Shown here: piece by piece, positions 58,701 to 64,000 of the stretch
Layout of the letters: every line of letters starts with the position of its first letter
How positions within the stretch are numbered: the stretch's first letter is position 1
Source: Bacteroidota bacterium
Lineage (GTDB): Bacteria; Bacteroidota; Rhodothermia; Rhodothermales; Bin80
Assembly: GCA_028873925.1 (NCBI GenBank)
Contig: JAPPNA010000162.1
Location: forward strand, 2,345-66,344
Reading direction: 5' to 3'
Length of the DNA: 64,000 bases
Position numbers and translations under genes: made by a program
The notes under the pieces: model-generated
What the model saw: only the letters and a program-made list of their open reading frames with translations
What the model was told of the DNA's origin: nothing
Databases searched by the model: none

Positions 58701-60963
58701 ATTGGGTGTGGATATCGCCACGCTCAATACGGTGTATATGCGGAATGTGCCACCGACCCCGGCCAATTATGTCCAGCGCGGTGGCCGGGCCGGCCGAAGT
58801 GGTCAGCCTGCCCTGGTGGTTACCTACTGTGCCGCCAGATCGCCGCACGATCAATATTTCTTTCAGGATCCTCGGCGCATGGTGTCGGGGGAGGTGAATC
58901 CGCCATCCATTGATCTGGCCAATGAGGAGCTCATCCGCAGCCATTTGCATGCGGTGTGGCTCGCGGAGACGGGCGTTAGGCTGGACTCAACTGTAAAGGA
59001 TTTACTTGACCTGGAGGATAACCAACAACCCGTGTATCAGGAACTCCATGCACAGTTGGATCGAAGCCTTGTGCGCGAACAGGCGATGCTGCGGTCAGGC
59101 AGGATTCTTGAGACCATCCACAGCGATCTTACGACGACAGCCGCCCCGTGGTATTCAAATGACTGGGTCAATTCCGCAGTACAGACTGCCTGGAGGCGCT
59201 TTGACACGTCGTTTGAGCGCTGGCGGTCACTTTATCGGGCCACGACGACACAAATGGATGTAGCCAACAGGGTAATTGGCAATCCTGCGGCAAATGCAAC
59301 CGATCGTGATCGAGCCAAGAACCAGCACGACGAAGCTTTCCGGCAGCAGAAGCTCCTGCTTTCTGCAACTGATCGAAGGCAGTCAGATTTTGCAACATAT
59401 CGCTATTTGGCGGCGCAGGGATTCCTCCCAGGGTATAACTTTCCACGACTGCCACTTATGGCTTTCATCCCCGGCAGCAGACTCACCGGATCAAGACAGT
59501 CCGTGCTGAACAGACCGAGATTTATTGGGTTGGCGGAGTTTGGCCCCCAGTCATTCATCTACCATGAGGGGAATACGTTCCGCGTAGCGAAGGCCATGTT
59601 ATCCATTGATGAGGTGGCAGACGCGTCTTCCAGAAGGATGCTCCCTGTTCGAGAGGTTGCCATTTGCTCAAGGTGCGGGTACGGACATTTTGGAGCGGAG
59701 AAAGACAGCGAGTGCTGCGTGCGGTGCGAAGGTCGCCTGACGGATGCTCGAATAATTTCAAATCTATTCAGAATTGAGCAGGTGTCCACCCGGCGGGTGA
59801 ATCGAATCACCTCTGACGCTGAAGAGCGACAGCGTCAGGGCTACGAAATGATCACGACCTACAAATTTGCGACCAAGGATGGCACGCCTCTAGTGGACTC
59901 CTTCCAGTATGTGGTGGATGGCGAGGTTTTGATTGAGTTGGAATTCGGGCCGACAGCCACTCTCTGGAGAGTAAATCTCGGCTGGCGCCGACGGCGGGCA
60001 AAAACCATCTATGGTTTCAATGTGGATCCCAACACGGGCATATGGGCGAAAAATGAGCAGGCACCGACTGATGCGGAAGATGATCGGATAGAGAATACCG
60101 CCTACACTGAGCGCATTACCCCGTATGTCCAAGACACCAAGAATGTGCTGATCATCAAACCCTCGCCCGAACTGGACGACACGGCCGTTACAACCCTGCA
60201 GTACGCGTTTAAGCGCGGCATAGAGAAGGTTTATCAACTGGAGAATTCCGAGTTAGCCGCGGAGCCGCTGCCGGATGCCTCTAATCGCAGGGCTATCCTG
60301 CTGTATGAGGCCTCAGAGGGAGGGGCTGGTGTTCTGAATCGTATTGCCCGTGATGCCAGCGCGCTCGGGCGCGTGGCCCGGGCGGCACTTGAAATTTGCC
60401 ACTACGAGGCTCAAGCAGACCGGTGGAGCAGCCACAAGGCACTTACAGATCAGTTGAAGAACTGCGAGGCAGGATGTTACAAATGCCTCCTGAGCTATTA
60501 CAACCAATTGGATCACGACAGGATTGACCGGAAACACGAGGCGGTCATAGCCATCCTGTGCCAGCTAACAGCCGCCAAGCAGGAACGCACCCGTCACATA
60601 GAGATCCGTTCGCCATCACTTGACGCGCTGATTGAGCGCTGCGATTCCGATTTAGAAAGGGACTGGCTCCGATTCCTCTCAGACAACGATTATGTGCTGC
60701 CTGATCGTGCCCAGCCGCTGTTGAAAGGATACAAGACGCGCCCAGACTTCCAATATTTTGACCATCAAGTCATTGTGTACGTAGATGGCATTCATCATTT
60801 TGGCGAGCAAAAAAGGAAGAAAGACGCAGAGATCAGGGCCTCGCTTGCGGCTGCGGGGTATACCGTCATATCGTTTGCGCACCGGAAAAAAGATTGGCCC
60901 AAGACCATAGATCGGTTTGCTTGGGTATTCAGGCCCTCAAGTGTATGTGCCTTACATGGGTAA
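55756..60963 (+). CDS. YprA/DUF1998-type SF2 helicase with Zn motifs and C-terminal DUF559/Vsr-like nuclease domain
   Basis: LYQHQ, TGTGSGKS, YPMNAL, DELH, TSAT, TMELGVDI, QRGGRAGR; DUF1998-like EASEGGAG...CEAGCYKCLLSYYNQ; tail DSDLER...RPDF...VYVDGIHH. Confidence 0.92.
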   Translation: MDVFAFRKKLVEEYGRFTRSFCEIRAEDIKKFVDEKYAAENFWPSPIIQLNPNFKSGGRVDALVGEGLLEPPCAEIFAEAGEPYTLYQHQVAAIKVAQSGGSYVLTTGTGSGKSLAYFIPIVNDVLRRKREQSGGPQTTAIVVYPMNALCNSQLEELERFFGKCDKDHTPPVTFARYTGQDPDDHKDWVAANPPDILLTNYVMLELIMTRFLPNDKRIRHHAQGLRFLVLDELHIYRGRQGADVAMLVRRVRERFNMDLQCVGTSATMSSGEERPAERNRVVANVASRLFGSTVKPEHVITETLTSVTERSSVPTGAALKALIERSIPAVVSYNRLKRDPFTAWVEWTLGLEIVDGKLIRVSRPLSVNAAAVKLSESTGLRVDTCMQYLREYLLRASRSQNERGRNLFAFRLHQFISGAWSVFTSLEPPGDRHLTLSGQRFVPDDGERKRRLFPLCFCRECGQEYIPVWATKEGQRIESLDPRDLTERSNDDETIQSGFLLLDPERVFRADVVEGNYPEDWVEIFHGAWRLKNYYRKYRPIAIHVDTLGGADESGTPGWYIPGPFRFCLNGECGAVYSGHVRSDLSKLSSLSGEGRSSATTILTLSVLKRLIEGDLDDEAKKLLAFTDNRQDASLQAGHFNDFIQVLLLRSALIAAVKQSPSQSLSDETIALGVLNQLRLTNDQFAANTQLRGPARERTRQTLLNVLGYRIYRDLERGWRINNPNLEQLGLLGIRYLGLKACCSDEEVWGEGPELLTSATAANRENIAHDLLERMRRALCIKTIYLDRNRIERLRNQSYNDLKEPWGLSEGENVWGARTMVPESRRGRGPSDHMYLSSRSEFGRKLNADDRWGEDNPYFTGNLSKDEYSQVINALLTALGRYGLIEVVPLANRQSGYQINSSVMEWHLPSNEDAQRSNLFFRRLYRDTANLLSDNNNFLHRIAAREHTAQVESEDREEREKRFRQGLKKDGLPVLYCSPTMELGVDIATLNTVYMRNVPPTPANYVQRGGRAGRSGQPALVVTYCAARSPHDQYFFQDPRRMVSGEVNPPSIDLANEELIRSHLHAVWLAETGVRLDSTVKDLLDLEDNQQPVYQELHAQLDRSLVREQAMLRSGRILETIHSDLTTTAAPWYSNDWVNSAVQTAWRRFDTSFERWRSLYRATTTQMDVANRVIGNPAANATDRDRAKNQHDEAFRQQKLLLSATDRRQSDFATYRYLAAQGFLPGYNFPRLPLMAFIPGSRLTGSRQSVLNRPRFIGLAEFGPQSFIYHEGNTFRVAKAMLSIDEVADASSRRMLPVREVAICSRCGYGHFGAEKDSECCVRCEGRLTDARIISNLFRIEQVSTRRVNRITSDAEERQRQGYEMITTYKFATKDGTPLVDSFQYVVDGEVLIELEFGPTATLWRVNLGWRRRRAKTIYGFNVDPNTGIWAKNEQAPTDAEDDRIENTAYTERITPYVQDTKNVLIIKPSPELDDTAVTTLQYAFKRGIEKVYQLENSELAAEPLPDASNRRAILLYEASEGGAGVLNRIARDASALGRVARAALEICHYEAQADRWSSHKALTDQLKNCEAGCYKCLLSYYNQLDHDRIDRKHEAVIAILCQLTAAKQERTRHIEIRSPSLDALIERCDSDLERDWLRFLSDNDYVLPDRAQPLLKGYKTRPDFQYFDHQVIVYVDGIHHFGEQKRKKDAEIRASLAAAGYTVISFAHRKKDWPKTIDRFAWVFRPSSVCALHG

Positions 60964-63817
60964 GGCACTCGCGTATAGACCGGGAGATCTGGTGCGTGCT
61001 CGAGGGCGGGAATGGGTCGTGCTACCGGAGTTGCGGCCGAATTTGCTCAAACTGCGCCCGATGGGTGGGACCGACAGAGATTCCACGCTCATATACCTGC
61101 CGCTTGAACCCGAGCCTCCCAAGCCCGCCACATTCAGCTTGCCGGACCCCAATCAGTCTGGTACGCTGGAGGCCACTTGGCTCCTGATGACCGCCTGCCG
61201 CCTGAAGCTCCGCGCCGGGGCTGGGCCTTTCAGGAGCTTTGGGCATCTGAATTTTGAACCGCGTGCTTATCAGCTGGTCCCGTTAATGATGGCGCTCAGG
61301 ATGGATACCATCCGGCTCTTGATTGCTGACGATGTCGGAATTGGCAAGACGATAGAGGCGGGCCTGATTGCCCGCGAGCTGCTGGATCGCGGTGAAATTA
61401 CTAAGTCAGCGGTAATCTGCCCGCCCCATTTGTGTGACCAGTGGCAGCAGGAATTGGAGACAAAGTTCAGCATTCAGGCAGACATTGTCAGCGCCGGAAC
61501 GGCGCGTCGGCTGGAGCGGAATGTGCCCGCTGGGGAGTCCATTTTTGAAGTTTACGATCATACGGTCGTATCGCTGGATTACATCAAATCGAATCGTCGC
61601 CGGGACGAATTTGCGCGAGTCTGTCCTGACTTTGTGATCGTCGATGAGGCACATACGTGCGTTCGCGCCTACGATGGCTCCCGGCATCAGCGCCACGAGC
61701 TATTGATCAAACTGGTAGAATCCGAACGCGGACGCCACTTAATATTGCTTACTGCTACGCCCCATTCGGGAAACGATCGGGCCTTTCACAATTTGCTGGG
61801 ACTGCTGGACAGTCGGTTTGAGGAACTCCAAGATCTGAACACACAGCCGGAGCGAATTCACCTTCGTGAAGAGCTGAGTGCTCATTTTGTCCAAAGGCGC
61901 CGGGGCGATATCGCTGAATGGAACGATTCAGCTCAATTCCCAGTGCGCGAGAGTCGGGAAGCAACCTACCGGCTGACCGGTCAATGGGGACAGCTCTTTT
62001 GGGATGTTCTCAAGTATGCTCGCACTATGGTGGCAGGGGCGGCATCTGGGACACATTTGGAGCAACGGATGTCATGGTGGGCTGCGTTGGCCCTAATGCG
62101 CTGTATTTCGTCAAGTCCAGCAGCGGCTTCGATGGCACTTAGAACCCGAATGGAGGCTGTAGAAGGTCGCGCTGCTGCTGAAACACTTGAAAAGTTGGAA
62201 CAGACGGCAGTAGCAAGGGTCATGGATATGGAGGAGGACGACTTCGTAACCGCCAATGAATTGGTACCCGCAGGAACAATTGAGTCTGAGGGTGCCAGCA
62301 CCCAACTTAGCCAGCTCATTGCTACGGCTGATTCCCTGCGAGGCCCCAGGACGGATCCGAAACTAAAGCTCCTGATCAGGCAGGTCCGGGAATTAATCAG
62401 AGATGGATTCCGCCCTGTGATCTTCTGCCGCTATATCGCTACCGCCCATTACGTGGGAGAGAATCTTGAACGCGTGCTGCCCGCAGCCGGCACCCGGGTT
62501 GAAGTGATCACCGGAGAACTAACGCCGCAGGAGCGTGAAGCGCGCGTGGAGACATTTGGTGACTTGGACCCAGATGTAACGCCCGTCTTGGTAGCCACGG
62601 ACTGTCTGTCCGAGGGAATCAACCTGCAGAATTACTTTGACGCGGTGATCCATTATGCCTTAACCTGGAATCCCACTCGGCATGAACAGCGCGAAGGTCG
62701 CGTTGACCGGTTCGGACAGATGAACCGCACCGTGCGAACTGTAATGATCTACGGCCAAGACAATCCGGTGGACGGTGCCGTGCTTCGCGTGATTCTGCGC
62801 AAGGCTAAGCAGATTCGTAAGGAATTGGGTGTAGCTATTCCAATACCCAGTGACAATAGCGCGGTTGTGGAGGCCATCATGAAGACCGTATTGCTCCGGG
62901 CGGGCAGTACGCAGCAGGACCAGAAAGAACTGGATTTTGGAGAGGTTGAATCGGAATTGGATGCGGGATGGGAACGAGCCAGCACCAAGATCAGCCGAAC
63001 GATTTTTGCCCAGCGCAAGCTGCGACCGAAAGAAGTGCTCAATGAGTGGCGAAAGGTCGTGGACATCTTGGGCGGACCGGAAGACGTAAAGCGTTTGCTT
63101 CATGTCACGGCGAGACAATTGGGCACACCAATGCAGGGTCACAAGGGCACCTTAAGGCTGCCCACCGTGCATCTACCTCCTTCACTGCGCGAGCAGCTCA
63201 CAGCCATCGGCGTGACGGAAAATACCCGGATTGCTGCTGAAATGCCCGTACCGGCAGGCTGCATTCATGTACATCGGGCTCACCCGCTTGTAGCGATTCT
63301 GGCCGACTATGTGACAGAGCAGGGCCTGGAGGCGGATGGTGACTTTGTGCGTGCAAGATCAACGGCGATTTTCACGTCCGATGTCAGTGTGCTCACTTAT
63401 CTGTTTCTGCTGCGTCTGCGTTGCCATATCCATGTCAGAAAACAGGCAGGGAGTCAAGCACACATGTCCCACAAACAGTTGCTGGCGGAAGAATGCCTCA
63501 CAATGGTTCATGAATCCGGCAATAAGTCCGCGCAAGTGCTAAGTGCATTGGAGGTCCAAGAATTCATGCGGATAACGCCGAGTCGCAACATGCATAGTGG
63601 CCAAAAATCTCTGCATATTAGGCAGGCACTTGACTGGTATCGGAACAATGGGCAAATTCTCAAGAGAATCGCGCAAGGGCGGGGCCAAGAGCTCTTGCAG
63701 GACCACCGCCGAGTCCGAACGGCAAGTGGGATAAAAGGGATCATGTACGAGGTGGAGCCAGCGTTTCCGATGGATGTGATTGGCATAGCCGTGCTGGTTC
63801 CGGTCACTACCGACTGA
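60956..63817 (+). CDS. SNF2-family helicase (DrmD-like)
   Basis: PGDLVRARGREW, LLIADDVGIGKT, DEAH, LTATPHSG, SEGINLQ, WNPTRHEQREGRVDR. 8-bp overlap with the upstream helicase gene. Confidence 0.92.
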   Translation: MGKALAYRPGDLVRARGREWVVLPELRPNLLKLRPMGGTDRDSTLIYLPLEPEPPKPATFSLPDPNQSGTLEATWLLMTACRLKLRAGAGPFRSFGHLNFEPRAYQLVPLMMALRMDTIRLLIADDVGIGKTIEAGLIARELLDRGEITKSAVICPPHLCDQWQQELETKFSIQADIVSAGTARRLERNVPAGESIFEVYDHTVVSLDYIKSNRRRDEFARVCPDFVIVDEAHTCVRAYDGSRHQRHELLIKLVESERGRHLILLTATPHSGNDRAFHNLLGLLDSRFEELQDLNTQPERIHLREELSAHFVQRRRGDIAEWNDSAQFPVRESREATYRLTGQWGQLFWDVLKYARTMVAGAASGTHLEQRMSWWAALALMRCISSSPAAASMALRTRMEAVEGRAAAETLEKLEQTAVARVMDMEEDDFVTANELVPAGTIESEGASTQLSQLIATADSLRGPRTDPKLKLLIRQVRELIRDGFRPVIFCRYIATAHYVGENLERVLPAAGTRVEVITGELTPQEREARVETFGDLDPDVTPVLVATDCLSEGINLQNYFDAVIHYALTWNPTRHEQREGRVDRFGQMNRTVRTVMIYGQDNPVDGAVLRVILRKAKQIRKELGVAIPIPSDNSAVVEAIMKTVLLRAGSTQQDQKELDFGEVESELDAGWERASTKISRTIFAQRKLRPKEVLNEWRKVVDILGGPEDVKRLLHVTARQLGTPMQGHKGTLRLPTVHLPPSLREQLTAIGVTENTRIAAEMPVPAGCIHVHRAHPLVAILADYVTEQGLEADGDFVRARSTAIFTSDVSVLTYLFLLRLRCHIHVRKQAGSQAHMSHKQLLAEECLTMVHESGNKSAQVLSALEVQEFMRITPSRNMHSGQKSLHIRQALDWYRNNGQILKRIAQGRGQELLQDHRRVRTASGIKGIMYEVEPAFPMDVIGIAVLVPVTTD

Positions 63818-64000
63818 TTTATGCCAGCGATGCAACGGGCGACCATGACAGGCCGCAACGAAGGCCCAAGGAAACCTGCTACGGCGGAATTGAGAAAAGC
63901 AGAGGCGGCTGGTCCTGCCACATGAGGGATCAGACATTGGCAACAGAAGTTCCGCAGCGATTAGAATCGTCGGCTGCGGGATGGCTGAGCAGCAGGTGCG

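Noticed and set aside
63821-64000. Start of the predicted methyltransferase gene
   Set aside because: Only short or open-ended frames (ATG 63821, 63922, 63981); too little sequence to assign.

Overview
GC-rich bacterial window. The gene content and style suggest Rhodothermales / Bacteroidota-Rhodothermota (inference only). Most of it is housekeeping and metabolism: ppc, HU, modAB, MFS/SSS/ABC transporters, PQQ and ThuA-GSDH sugar-oxidation genes, pruA, moaDE, purC, and lacI/malK. There are two accessory patches. The first (~19.9-27.7 kb) is an eroded region with a pseudogenised RloA/RloB-like pair (rloB split by a 942-bp composite IS30-derived insertion flanked by GCTGA direct repeats), a beta-propeller pseudogene and an unknown 472-aa protein. 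The second (~52.4-64 kb) is a defence-island-like region with a standalone AAA ATPase, a small ORF plus Fic pseudogene, and an intact coupled pair of a 1735-aa YprA/DUF1998 helicase-nuclease and a DrmD-like SNF2 helicase. This pair is the strongest candidate system; it is DISARM-related and probably continues beyond the window. Other oddities are a NYN RNase with three tandem LOTUS/OST-HTH-like repeats and an apparent 399-bp in-frame foreign insertion in the ThuA-GSDH gene. I saw no tRNA, rRNA or CRISPR array. All family calls come from motif recognition by eye; no searches were run.
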